Source: the human T2T-CHM13v2.0 reference genome, Homo sapiens. Taken from it: a stretch of DNA of 64,000 nt. Location: assembly GCF_009914755.1 (NCBI RefSeq), contig NC_060933.1; one strand, 5' to 3'. Made by a program: the position numbers and the translations under genes. This document shows, one piece after another, positions 27,861 to 45,172 of the stretch (position 1 is the stretch's first letter; the number at the start of each line of letters is the position of its first letter). The notes under the pieces are model-generated. The model did not search any database, was not told the origin of the DNA, and saw only the letters and a list, made by a program, of their open reading frames with translations.

Positions 27861-27903
27861 CATTTTATCTTGCTGATCCTGATGCAGTATATTTTCCACT
27901 TTT

Positions 27904-28187
<284 letters not shown>

Positions 28188-29077
28188 ATATTTTCCACTT
28201 TTACAAATACAGGTCCATGGAATTATTTGTTGAAGGTTTCACATCTCACATGTGACATATTTAGCATTTTCAACAAGATGTGTTTGAAACAGAATTTGTT
28301 TGGTTTGTGGTGCCTTTTAAGGGCTGTTGCATGCTATTAATGAATCTGAAAGGCAAGAAAAGCTGTAAGAAGAAAGAGAAGTCAAACACCTGAAAAACCC
28401 ACAAATTGAGTAACCCCTTTCTGAAGAATCAAAGTGACTATGAGTTGTACTTGAGAAAAGACTTCCGGTCAGTGGATTTGGTGTGTCAGTCCTGAAAAAA
28501 ACTTTTTGTAAGAAACTCATGTTGGGCTTATTTGTGGAATTATATTTTAAAATATGCCATTTGAATTGTGGCATCTTGCTGTTAGAGATTTGTACAAGAG
28601 AAATAAATACAGTTTGAGAAGAATATTATTGATGGTAACATAATGACGAGAAGGATTTAAGCATCTTTGCTCTAAACCACAAATACCTATAGCTATTCCA
28701 CTTAACAGAAAATAAGTGCACGCGTGTATGTGTGGCTAATCAGCCAGTTCTTTCCCACAAATTTAAATGCAGTACCTGTCCCATAGCATTTAAGGCAGCT
28801 GTAGATATACAATTTAAGTGCTTTAATCTATTCTTCCGTTTTTCTTGTCGATTCCCCAATAGAACAGCCTACTTAGCTTTTTTTCTCCCATGTATGTTTG
28901 AAGATTAATATATAGTATGAGAAAAGGCAGCTTTTAAATTTCAGGTTCTGCTCTGCGTTTCCAAAGGATAATTGTTCACCTTATTGCATTTGTGTTTTAA
29001 TTTTGTTTAACACCAAATAAGGGATAAAAGATTTCAAAAGAGTTACCTTAATCCGAATTCTTATTAAAAATACTTTT

Positions 29078-29412
<335 letters not shown>

Positions 29413-31313
29413 CTATACTTATAGAAACTGCCCAAAAGTTACTATTAAAAAATGAATATTTTCATAAGAGGCATATCTGGTTTCTCCAGGTGAAACTTTT
29501 AAAACTTAATAGAGAAACTTTTAATTTTATTTCTTTCTTCCATATTTAAAATATATAACATCATATATATGATGTGTATATATATAGATAGATACGGTAT
29601 GTGTATATACACACACACACAAAAGATGCTACATATTACAATTGTTACATATGCATATAAACTTAAAAATGTGGTACAACATTTTATTTAATGGTATGAA
29701 CACTGACATTTTAATCTTGTAAGTCAGTAAACATTTCAAATCTTGTGTTACATCATTTTTTAAACTAATAATGTTCTTATATGAACATTTTGATTTACCC
29801 CATATTTTGTTATTAAAAATAATGTTGCAATTAGTTTTGTGCTATCATGAAAAAAGAAATTCACATATATTAGTAGTAATTATTTGCATGTATTTAATTA
29901 TTGATTTGATTGCACAGATTTTTGCATGTTATCCTTTTAACTTTCCACTCATATCTTCAACATATTTTTCCCTGGAGCACTAGTTTTGTTTTTTGTTAAA
30001 AGCTCCTTATATATTAAGGCAACCACACTCTATCTTAAGAACTAAATATGGCATAAATTAAAACACAAGCCAAATAAAAGCCAGAATTCATTTTTAATCC
30101 TCATATGTGTTCAAGACATATTTTATCTCTAGTTTACTATTGGCCTTTAATTGTGTTTGTTATGTTAATTGACATAAAGGTTTTTTTGCATAGTCAAGAC
30201 ACATACTTTTTTATGGCTTCTTTTGTATATTTTATATTTGGAAGGTTATATTCTAAGTCAATGCTTAAGAAGAAAATATCTTTCTTATGATTAGATTTCA
30301 TTGATTTCACTTTCATATAGGTCTTACAGTTTAATGAACTCATGGAAATGTTCATTGGCTTAGTAATAGTAGCAGTAAACGCTTTTTTTAATGCTACTTT
30401 CATAAGATCATAAGGAGATAATAGTGGGTGGGTGATTACTTGAAACTGATTTTTGGAGAAGGTCATTAATTAAATATTCATTCATTAATTAAAGAAACAA
30501 TGTATGTCAATAGTACTTTCTAAACTTTAGATCACTCTTTAAATGTTAGTTGCCATTATTATTAATACTAAATGTTCTTCCTTTTTTTATCTTCTCGTGT
30601 CACTAGCCACGAATGTCTGTAGCACTAAATTGTAATTCCCTTCTGTAATCTGATTGAAGAGAAAAGCTGTAGAAGAGTAGTGGAAGGGAGTATCAAGTAT
30701 TTGTGGCAGGGCTTATTTTACTTAATCCTTTGGAATATACAAGTGTATAGGTTATCCAGGTTAAATATTTTACATTATTAAATAGTTTCTGTTATTTTGC
30801 TTTTCTACATGTAATACTTTTTTTGAAGGGGAAAACTCAATGAAGTATGTACCTGATTTACCATTCAAAATTCTTGTCTGTTGATGTCTTAACATGTGTT
30901 TATCACCTTTGTTATTGATAGGCAAAATACAAGTTACTAGTAGATATAGATTGAATTTAATTAAAAATAAAATAATGTATTTTACATATTAAATAACCCA
31001 AATATAATAATGAAAATTTTCCAACAATGATAATAATCAATATTTTAAAATAAACTGTATTTATACTGAAAATTATAGTTAGTTGATTTTATAATCTTTA
31101 AATAACTTTTACATATTTAACCTGAAAACGAACAATTTCAAGCTTTTTCTGGTATTAATATATAAGAGTTAAAGTAAGTCTGTTGAAACTCTATTAACTG
31201 CTACCTGTAAAAATTAACCAATCATTAAATAAAGGATCACTTTGCATTAGTATAATTTTGACATAATGAAGAGGCAGTATTTTTTAACTTTTTTTAACTT
31301 CCTAGAAAACAAA

Positions 31314-31314
<1 letters not shown>

Positions 31315-31351
<37 letters not shown>
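31315..31351. repeat. (TA)n microsatellite
   Basis: Seen directly; about 18 units. Confidence 0.95.
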
Positions 31352-31354
<3 letters not shown>

Positions 31355-33017
31355 TATATGTCCTATATTGCAGCTCAACAACAAGCATATAAAACCTATT
31401 TGACAAAGTTTAATGTGAGAAGTTATTGTTTCCATCCTATTTTTCTCTCCTATTTCCAAAGGTTCAGCCTTCCCTATGAATCTAAGAATGTAGTTAATGT
31501 CTGAGGTCTCTTTATCTGGCGAAAAAGCCTCTGTCCTAAGAAAATACCTAAAGTGTAATTTAAAAAAAATAAAAATAAAAAACATACCAAGGGTAACCCC
31601 TCACCTTTAAGGGGTAAATGTGTGTTATCTTTTCAATTATTGTTCATGAAGCAATTACTTTCCCTACAGCACTCTGTGAAATCAGGAACATTTGCAATCC
31701 AAACAGGAGTTTGCAAAATGCTGTTCCTCGACCAGGTAGGCAGATATGATAAATGGTGTGCCAAAAGTTTTTCTCCTAATGCAGCAACTTCACATAATTT
31801 GGATTTTCTAAACTTAGTATTATTTATATTAATGTATTATACACAATGATGTTAATTATTTAATGTTATACATATTACAATATCTGCCGTGTGCTTTCTC
31901 TAATGAATATTTTTGTCCCAAGGATCTGAGTCCTTGGTAAACAGGAAGTGCTCAGTATATAATTTTTGAATGAAATACTTAAACATTTGGAAATTTTAGA
32001 AAAATGGTATTATCTTATTTATATAGATACCAATCTTTTATTCAGCACATTCATGCTTTTCAGTTAGACTTTTTAAGAGCCGCAGAGCATATACCGGTTT
32101 TAAGCCTCAGTCACACAAAAAAACTTTTCTTAAATATAAGTAATCCACCAGTAATTAAATATCTTCTTATCTCCTTGGCCTACCTCTCTTAAGGAGGAGG
32201 AAAGAAAAAGATCATGAGTATGCCAAGATGTAGCTTGCCATGAGCTCACTGATTACTTCAGGCTGACACTCACCCAGATATAAGTCTTCTTCACTAAGTC
32301 ACAGGAATCCAACTTGCCAGCATCCTGATGAAGTAGTCACAGAAAGTAGAGCTAGAGCTACGAAAGCTGTAGAATTTCTTCCTGGGGAACGTATTTTACT
32401 ACAGTGTATAAGCCATGACTAAAAATTTGACATTTATTTTGTAGGTGAATGAATGCTTTTAAAGGAAATTTAAACAAGAGAATAAAAAAAGGCTGGATTG
32501 GTGTTTTAGAGAAGTCCATCTTTATGACTGTATTGTGGAAAATGAGTTTGAATGATATAAGACACTAAATAATGAGGCCAATCATTGGGGAAAAACACAA
32601 AAAGAAAATGAGGACTGGACTGAAGCAGAAGCATTAGAAAAAGAACAAATGGGATGGATTTGCCTTGGTAGTAACAGGAGTGAAAGCCCATAGCAAGCCT
32701 CAGGTGCTGGGTCTGCTTATTATATGCATGTAAGCAAAGGCAAGCAGCATGGGGAAGACGATCAATGGGGTAGAGAAGTTTCATTTTGCAGTCTTTTTAG
32801 AGTTTTCTGCATTGTAGACACTGTGGACAATAGTGGATGTAAAAATAAAAAAAATAAGAATCACAAGTAATCTCACTATCCAGAGAAAATTTCTATTTTT
32901 CATGGGATGCATGTATTTAAAATCATATTCTATGCATATCAATGTTTTAAATTAAATTGTGATCATGCTACATAGTCTTATAAACTTCTCTTTCCACTTA
33001 AATTATATCATAAACAT

Positions 33018-33348
33018 TGTATTAGTCAGCACTAGTTGCCATAAGAAAATACCATAAACAGAGATGCATGAACAGCAGAAATTTGTTTTCTCACAGTTCT
33101 GGAGGTTAGATGTCCAAGATCAAAGAGCCAGCATGAACATGATGGCTGTCTTCCTGATTTGCAGATGGATCCCTTTTTTCTGTGTCCTCATGTGACAGGG
33201 ACGGGTAGAAAGAGGGAAATGGGGAAGAGGGAGTGAAAGAAATAAAGAAAGAGAACAGAAGCCCGTATATCTTCTCCAAATACCATCACATTGGGGGTTA
33301 GGAGTTAACATATAAATTTGGGGGGACATGAACATCCAGTTTATAGCA
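33018..33348 (-). mobile_element. MaLR solo LTR (MST/MLT1A-like)
   Basis: tgtattagtc...tctcacagttctggagg...ccatcacattgggggttagg...tatagca, with TSD aacat/aatat. Confidence 0.85.
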
Positions 33349-33829
33349 AATATTTTAGTTAATGAGAATATTCTAATTTAGGTCATTAGTTAAAGTCATT
33401 ATAGAAAACTTCAGAAGGCAGGGGGTAATTGCTTATTTTATTCAGAAACTAAAGATAGGAATAAGAACTAATTAAAATATGTGTATACCAAAAGTAGGAC
33501 TCTTTTTCTGTGGGAGAAAGTTAGTGACTCCCTTGGAGGAAGTTACTTCTTAAATCCAGTCGGCCAAATATAACGACAAACATATGTAGTCAAACACACT
33601 GAATTTTATTAGTATGCTTCATTCAGCAAGGGAAAATGATATCATAGGAACTATGCAGTATTTCAGAAGGAGTACTCCAAGAACAATAATTTGCAAGATT
33701 TGGAGGGAAGAGAACAGGAGTTAATCTTAGTTAAAACGTAAGTTTTCAGGAATGGCTCGAATTTGCAATATAGGTGAGTTGGTGCTTTAGTTACTTTATT
33801 TTAGAACTCATGGGTCTTTTTTAATGGTT

Positions 33830-33930
33830 TATTTATTCATTTATTTACTTTTTTAACTTTTATTTTGACTTCAGAGGTGCACCTATGACTATATGATCTT
33901 CAACAAACCTGACAAAAACAAGCAGTGGAG
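33830..33930. mobile_element. Very short L1 remnant: antisense 3' end fused to a sense ORF2 fragment
   Basis: ttttaacttttattttgacttcagaggtgcac (L1P 3' end, minus) is directly followed by tgatcttcaacaaacctgacaaaaacaagcagtgg (ORF2, plus). Confidence 0.6.
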
Positions 33931-34313
33931 ACACATACCATGATGATTGCACTTATTAGCTGTGAAAGAAAGCTGTTTGTATTTATATCTTAAAAACAAG
34001 AAAATAGATATCTAGAAAATTTAAATAACTTGTCCCAGTTTCCTCAGCCAAATATTAGCAGAGACAGAATGTCTTCCAAATATTATTAATTCCAAAGTTA
34101 GACATTTTAAGGTTTATATCATACAATGTAATAAGATAACATTTCCATCAAGGTGCTAGCAACCAAAGTCAATATAAAATGCCAATATTCCATATCAGCA
34201 GTGTTTGTAAAATTTATATATACTTATGATAAAACGATGACTGGTTTAATTTGAAAATCCCAAAATTGTTTGGTTCATACAACTTTAAAATCACTGATTT
34301 CATAATAAGAATG

Positions 34314-34850
34314 TGTGGCTGACTGCCATGGTTACTGCTTGAGACCATCACTAAGACAGTTACTACTGTTACTACTTGAGACCATCATTACAACAGTTAG
34401 TACTGTTACTACTTGACGCTGGTCATTACAAGACTGAAGGAAGGGACAAACGTAGAAATGAGAACCTAAGACAAAATAAACTATTTTAAAGGAAGGGTCC
34501 AGGATAAGAAGAAGAGGGCTCCCTGCTTCTAGTGAGCAAAGACAGCCACCCTGAGCTTCTACAGCCCTTCGTATTTATTGGGTAGAAAGAGCAGGGAGCA
34601 GGAGGTAACTATTGGTCAGCTGCTTAATTAATCACAGGTTCACATTATTGCTAACAGGCTTCAGATGTGCCTAATCATGAAAAACACTTGTGCATGGGTT
34701 GTGACTGCCCTCAGCATTCCTTCTGGGTACCAGATGCAGTTTGCCAGTTTGCTAACAACCTGCGTTTATGAGGACAGTTTGCTGTTTACTCATATAGCCT
34801 CCAGTGGTATACTGAGTTGATCGTGACCCTCACTGTTTCGGCCTCCAACA
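34314..34850 (-). mobile_element. ERVK-class solo LTR, probably LTR3 family (HERV-K HML-6)
   Basis: 537 bp with TG...CA termini and a perfect 6-bp TSD agaatg (34308-34313, 34851-34856). The minus strand begins TGTTGGAGGCCGAAA. A 6-bp TSD is typical of betaretrovirus-like ERVs. The family name is from recall. Confidence 0.85.
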
Positions 34851-35779
34851 AGAATGTATGTATATATCTACATCTCAAAAAAAGAAATATTTTGGGAGAT
34901 TGGGCAATATAAAATTAAATTAAGATCCTGTATTTTTCTTTTACAAAACTGTAATGAGAGCAACAAGCAGAATAAATGGTATTTCCAGAGGTGGGTAGAG
35001 AAGATATGTGATCTTACATTATTGAGGGCAGTGAATAGCTTGCAATGACTAATGATTTTTATAAAACCACCTGAAAGCACTAAAGTATGAATTAAAATGT
35101 CTAAAGTTTGATTCAATGTCACATTTCAGAGCTGAATGTATGACTTTAATTGGATTGTGCTTAGTTATGGAAACTATAATCTACATCACTCAGAACAAGC
35201 AAAGTTAACATAACACATCTTTTTATTAAAATCAGTTGTGAAATGTGAGTAAAAGAATGACAACCTCAAATCTGCAAACCTTTTAGTTCTCAAAAATGCT
35301 TTATGTATGAAAGCAAATGGTTATTTGAAATAGCAGCATGGGAGGTACATTGTAATTGGAATCTATTTCCTTCAGTAATCCTTGGGGTTTCATAGGATTT
35401 GTAGGAAATATCTCATGTTACAGAACTGTAACATGAGTGTCAGAAGATTATCTAGTATATCATTTTGCTCACCTATATCAATCTCAGAATGTTATCCAGA
35501 TGACACATTTATCAGCCATCTCCAAACTCAGCATTCCTCCAACTGGAAAAATGATGTTTAGAACACACCTAGTTGACACACAGCCTTCCTTTGTAGCCTT
35601 CTTTCTAGGGACCATGACCTTGGTAAAAGGCCATTTGATTGTTGGGCAAGGCTAACAAAAAGTAGTTAGATACAAACAAAAATCATTCTTTTAACTACTG
35701 TAGTCTAAGGCCATTTTGTTTGTTTATGAATTGTCAATGATACCTGAGAAAGAAATTTCAGCAGTAGTAATCCTATAAT

Positions 35780-36110
35780 AGAGAAGTTCTCAACTGGGAC
35801 AACAGCTCCCTCTTAAATTTCTTTGGAAATCTTTAGGAGACTTGTTATTTGTCACAATGATTATGATGCATTAATGACATTTTGTGATTAGGGACCAAAG
35901 ATGTCAGACAGATGCAAAAGGCAGAATATTTCTGTACATGGAATAATTGACCCATGCCCCACAACATTTTTCATTGTCCTATTGGACATTCATTTAGATA
36001 ATCAAAACATTAATAATTATATAAGCCTTAATTCTAACATTTATAATCACAAAATAATTTCTCATGGCTTAATATACACAGAATTCCCCAGGCAATATAA
36101 TAAACCACTA
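35780..36110 (+). mobile_element. MER20/MER20B-like hAT-Charlie relic
   Basis: gttctcaactggg...tttggaaat...ttgtcacaat...agggaccaaagatg pattern. Confidence 0.45.
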
Positions 36111-37539
36111 AGTAGTTGTAAAAATAAAGAGAAGAAAAATCTATGTCGTCATATATTCAACATTTGTTTTGTATGTAAAAGCTAGTTGAAGAATAGTGTA
36201 AATATTAGACTCCATTTTATGTAAAAAGATGGTTAAATAAGAATATATACTTATTTTCATGTATATACACACATATACATATGTATATAAAAAATACTGG
36301 AAGAATATACAAAAAACTAAGAAGTATTACCTATGGATAAGCATGAAGGGTGACTCAGCAAATAAATGACAGTGGCAATGAGAGAAAATCATAAATAAAA
36401 AAATAAACGTGTATAGATTTATGAAACACATGAGTGCATTGCCTGTTAAGTATTAAATAAAGGCAATATGCATCAACAACCTATCTTTATGTTTGTTTTG
36501 TTTCAATATCTTACTGGGTTTTCTAAAAGTAATAATAAATATTAGGCTTATATCAGACTTCTCAGTAATACTGAATTCCATAAGAGCAATTTCTGTAGCA
36601 TTTCAATGAAAAGTAGTTAACCCCCAAATGTTTGCTTATTTAAGCATTCTCTTACATGTGAAAGCAATAAAAATAAAATATTCATTGCTATTCAACAGCT
36701 TAAAAATATGATTTCTAAGAAAACAAAAATAATTTTAACTATTTTCAAGAGGTAAAGCAAAATAGGAATTCAAAAAGAGAGAAGACATAATTTATATGGC
36801 ATTATTTTTATTACACCACCAATTTATGCCAAGTTAATGGTAGACAGTAACATTAGAAATCCAAATAATCCAGATTTGACTCTTCATGTACTTTTACAGA
36901 GAGTGATCTAGTAAAACTCATTCAATTTTGGGGGGCCTCAATTAATTTCATTAATGTCGTTAAGATGACAGTTATTTTGTACTTATGTTTTTAGAATATA
37001 ATAAAATATTTGTTAAAGGATTTTAAAATCTGTTGGGTAATGTCTTTATAGCATTTTTATACCATCCTCTCCATCTCTACTCCCAATATATTTCTAACTC
37101 ATTTTCTCTGCCTATGATACAAAGTTTTACCCTTCCTAGTTAGTAATATTTTCTATACCTTGGAAAGCTCATCTCAAATTCTGCCTACCTAATTTTTCCT
37201 GATGAAATTAGACATCATTAATGAATTGCAACTGACTTTTAAATATTATCTGAAATTATGCCATCACATTATTATACATTAGTTTATTATGAATGCATTA
37301 ATATATGTGATCCATTTATTACTTTGCTATAATTATACAAAAAAAATGCCCATAAAATGTGTTATTGATGTGGACAAAAATGTATGACATAATATGTAGA
37401 GACAATAAAGTGTTAAAATAGTTTAATTAGAATATTTTCAATTATGTTAAAATACATCACTGTGATATTCTTTCCAATAATTTATCGCCTCCATCTTATT
37501 GTGACAAAAGAGTAGGTAAAACCAAACTGAGAGCCATTC

Positions 37540-37870
37540 ATCATAGTATTTAACCAACAATCTTCAAAAGTGTCAAGGTTATGAATGACAAGTAAAGACT
37601 GAGGAAAATTACAGACTGCAGGAGATTAAGAAAAAATAATGACCAAATAGTCCTGGAACCAAAATAAAACATTAATGAAAAAATACTGATGTCATGTAAA
37701 TAATATATGTAGCTTTGTTAATGACATCATAACATTAATTCATATTTTTAATTATTGTACACTGGTTATGTAAGATGTTAATATTAGGGGAATCTGAGTG
37801 ATGTGTATAAAGACATTTTCTGCACTATGTTTGAAACTCTTCCTTAATTATAAAAATGTTTCATATTAAT
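37540..37870 (+). mobile_element. L1MC-like 3' UTR fragment
   Basis: aaagtgtcaaggttatga...aaagactgagg...ggttatgtaagatgttaatattagggga. Confidence 0.6.
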
Positions 37871-39495
37871 AAGTTGAACAAATAATAGTTTAGAAAATTT
37901 AAAACTATATTAGCAATACTGAAGGTAAATGCTTAATATTAGTTTTTATTTAACTAATAGTGGAATTGGTGGTGATTTCTCCTTACAACATTACAGATAC
38001 CATATTTTCAAATATTAATTAGCATTAATTAAATGATCAAGATATATTAATAGGTGAAAAAATAAAAATAAGAAGTGTCATGTGCAAAATAACACTGTAG
38101 TTACCACCCTCATGTACTCATGCCTATAGGAAAAGATTGCCTGAAACCATTCCAGTATCTTATACATTGTATTTAGTTGTCAGGATCCTTGATTTTTTTT
38201 ATGCTTGCAGTGTCCTTTGTTTGACTGCTAACTGTTGAAGAAACTAAACTAGTTGGCCTAAAAGTCTCTTTTTCAATTATGAAGAGGAGAAATACTGAAC
38301 TAACATCACCATGACATTCCTAACTGCATTAAGGTGAAGACATTATAGATAATTTTCTATTCGTTTTTGAAAATGTATAGTTCGTTTTCAAAGTCAATTG
38401 TTTCAAAATTACTATAATCAAATAACCTCACCCTGTTGAGTTTCTCTTAGTTTAAGTACTTCTGAAGAATTTTTCAATATTCCATATTCTCCGTTAAAAT
38501 ACCATATCTATGTTCCTCCATTTTATATTCATCCTGAAATATTTAATTACTTTCCTCTGTCAGCTTTGTGAATTTTCAAGATGAATAATTTCTTGTTTAA
38601 CTGTTGATATCCTCCATCTTTTCTCCATTTCTTCTGGGTAAGGCACATATTGTCCTTACCATAATAATAATTTCCACTAATTGTGGTGATTTCCACAGGA
38701 TCATTCTGGCAATTTTGTTGAATTTTCTCATTTATATATTACTCTGTACATGGGTGCATGGGTGCCTGAGGACTGGATCAGGCCTCTATACCTGTTTTCA
38801 GCTATGTTACTTCTGAGGATTTTCAGACATCTCCATATCGGTTATGTTTATTGTCATAATATTTTAGTTTTACCAGGATTTTTTCTTATCCTTAAATGTC
38901 ATTTTTAGCACCCATATATAGTATTCAGCATTTTACAAATTCACTTATTTTAATTTCCTTAAGACTTCATAAGATAAATGCCACTCCTTTTCTCTATCCT
39001 ATCAGAAAGGTCTGGTCTTCTAGAGATAAATCAAATCATGCTTGACACTTTGAAATTAACCCAACTATTCATTTTCAGTATTCTCCCAGACGCAAAGTCT
39101 ATAAACTTTAATGAAGAAGAAATAAGAAAAGTAAATATCTGGGCTCTTAACATTTCCATACATTCCAAGTATACACCCATACTCCAATTATGTTGTAACA
39201 AATGAACCACAGCAATCAGCAACAGTCAGAAAAATTAATCTTTGCATACTCAGCTGGGCATTCAGTTATTTTTTTTTCTTGATGATTTTTTTTATTATAC
39301 TTTGAGCTCTAGGGTACATGTGTACAACGTGTAGGTTAGTTACATATGTATACATGCACCATGTTGGTGTGCTGCACCCGTTAACTCGTCATTTACATTA
39401 GGTATATCTCCTAATGCTATCCCCCTCCTTCCCCCACCCCACAACAGGCCCTGGTGTGTGATGTTCCCCTTCCTGTGTCCAGGTGTTCTCACTGT

Positions 39496-43322
<3,827 letters not shown>

Positions 43323-43385
43323 TATGATGTTAGCTGGTTATTTTGCTAATTAGTTGATGCAGGTTCTTCCTAGCATCGATGGTCT

Positions 43386-44343
43386 TTACAATTTGCCCTG
43401 TTTTTGCAGTGGCTTGTACCAGTTGTTCCTTTCCATGTTTAGTGCTTCCTTCAGGAGCTCTTTTAGGGCAGGCCTGGTGGTGACAAAATCTCTCAGCATT
43501 TGCTTGTCTGTAAAGGATTTTATTTCTCCTTCACTTATGAAGCTTAGTTTGACTTGATATGAAATTCTGGGTTGAAAATTCTTTTCTTTAAGAATGTTGA
43601 ATATTGGCCCCCACTCTCTTCTGGCTTGTAGAGTTTCTGCTGAGAGATCCACTGTTTGTCTGATGGTCTTCCCTTTGTGGGTAACCCGACCTTTCTCTCT
43701 GGCTGCCCTTAACATTTTTTCCTTCATTTCAACTTTGGTGAATCTGACAATTATGTGTCTTGGAGTTGCTCTTCTCGGGGAGTATCTTTTTGGCATTCTC
43801 TGTATTTCCTGAATATGAATGTTGGCCAGCCTTGCTAGGTTGGGGAAGTTCTCCTGGATAATATCCTGCAGCGTGTTTTCCAGCTTGGTTCCATTTTCCC
43901 CGTAACTTTCAGGTACACCATTCTTTTTACTCTTTTTTCTCTAAACTTCTCTTCTCACTTCATTTCATTCATTTGATCTTCAATCACTGATACCCTTTCT
44001 TCCAGTTGATCGAATTGGCTAATGAAGCTTGTGCATTCATCACGTATTTCTCATGCCATGGTTTTCAGCTCCATCAGGTCCTTTGAGGACTTCTCTGCAT
44101 TGGTTATTCTAGTTAGCCATTCATGTAATCTTTTTCAAAGTTTTTAGCTTCTTTTCAATGGGTTTGAACTTCCTCCTTTAGCTCAGAGAAGTTTGATCAT
44201 CTGAAGCCTTCTTCTCTCAACTCATCAAAATCATTCTCCATCCAGCTTTGTTCCGTTGCTGGCGAGGAGCTATGTTCCTTTGGAGAGGGAGAGGTGCTCT
44301 GATTTTTAGAATTTTCAGTTTTTCTGCTTTGTTTTTTCCCCAT
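43386..44343 (-). pseudogene. L1 ORF1, disrupted by an ~57-bp deletion and other lesions
   Basis: The C-terminal frame RRATPRHIIVRF...REWGPIFNILKEKNFQPRISY is open. The span is 958 nt versus ~1017 nt canonical. Deletion junction ggtacacca|ttcttttt at 43920. Confidence 0.92.
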
Positions 44344-44914
44344 CTTTGTGGTTTTATCCACCTTTGGTCTTTGATGATGGTGATGTACAGATGGGGTTTT
44401 GGTGTGGATGTCCTTTCTGTTTGTCAGTTTTCCTTCTAACAGTCAGGACACTCAGCTGCAGGTCTGTTGGAGTTTGTTGGAGGTCCACTCCAGATCCTGT
44501 TTTCCCGGGTATCAGCAGCGGAGGCTGCATAACAGAGAATATTGCTGAACAGTAAATGTTGCTGCCTGATCATTCCTCTGGAAGCTTTTTCTCAGAGGGG
44601 TAGCTGGCTGTGTGGGGTGTCAGTCTGCCCCTACTTGGTGGTGCCTCCCAGTTAGGCTACTCGGGGGTCAGGGACCCACTTGAGGAGGCAGTCTGTCCAT
44701 TCTCAGATCTCAAACTCCCTGCTGGGAGAACCACTCTCTTCAAAGCTGTCAGACAGGGACATTTAAGTCTGCAGAGGTTTCTGCTCCTCTTGTTCGGCTA
44801 TGCCCTGCCCCCAGAGGTGGAGTCTACAGAGGCAGGCAGGCCTCCTTGAGCTGTGGTGGGCTCCACCCAGTTTGAGCTTCCAGGCCACTTTGTTTATCTA
44901 CTCAAGCCTCAGTG

Positions 44915-45172
44915 ATGGCGGGAACCCCTCCCCCAGCCTCACTGCTGCCTTGCAGTTCTATCTCAGACTGCTGTGGTAGCAATGAACGAGGCTCCGTGGG
45001 TGTGGGACCCTCCAAGCCAGGCGTGGGATATAATCTCCTGGTGTGCGGCTTGCTAAGACTGTTGGAAAAGTGCAGTAATAGGGTGGGAGTGACCCAGTTT
45101 TCCAGGTGCCGTCTGTCACAGCTTCCCTTTTCTAGGAAAGGGAATTCCCTGACCCATGCGCTTCCCAGGTGA
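44915..45172 (+). CDS. L1 antisense ORF0 homologue, open, 85 aa (translation unproven)
   Basis: MAGTPPPASLLPCSSISDCCGSNERGSVGVGPSKPGVGYNL... aligns with primate L1 ORF0 (MAGAPPPASLPPCSLISDCCASNQRDSVGVGPSEPGVGY...). Kozak context gtgATGG. Confidence 0.7.
   Translation: MAGTPPPASLLPCSSISDCCGSNERGSVGVGPSKPGVGYNLLVCGLLRLLEKCSNRVGVTQFSRCRLSQLPFSRKGNSLTHALPR

Noticed and set aside
34331-34435. 37-bp repeats as a possible CRISPR-like array
   Set aside because: A tandem repeat without spacers inside a TSD-bounded LTR.
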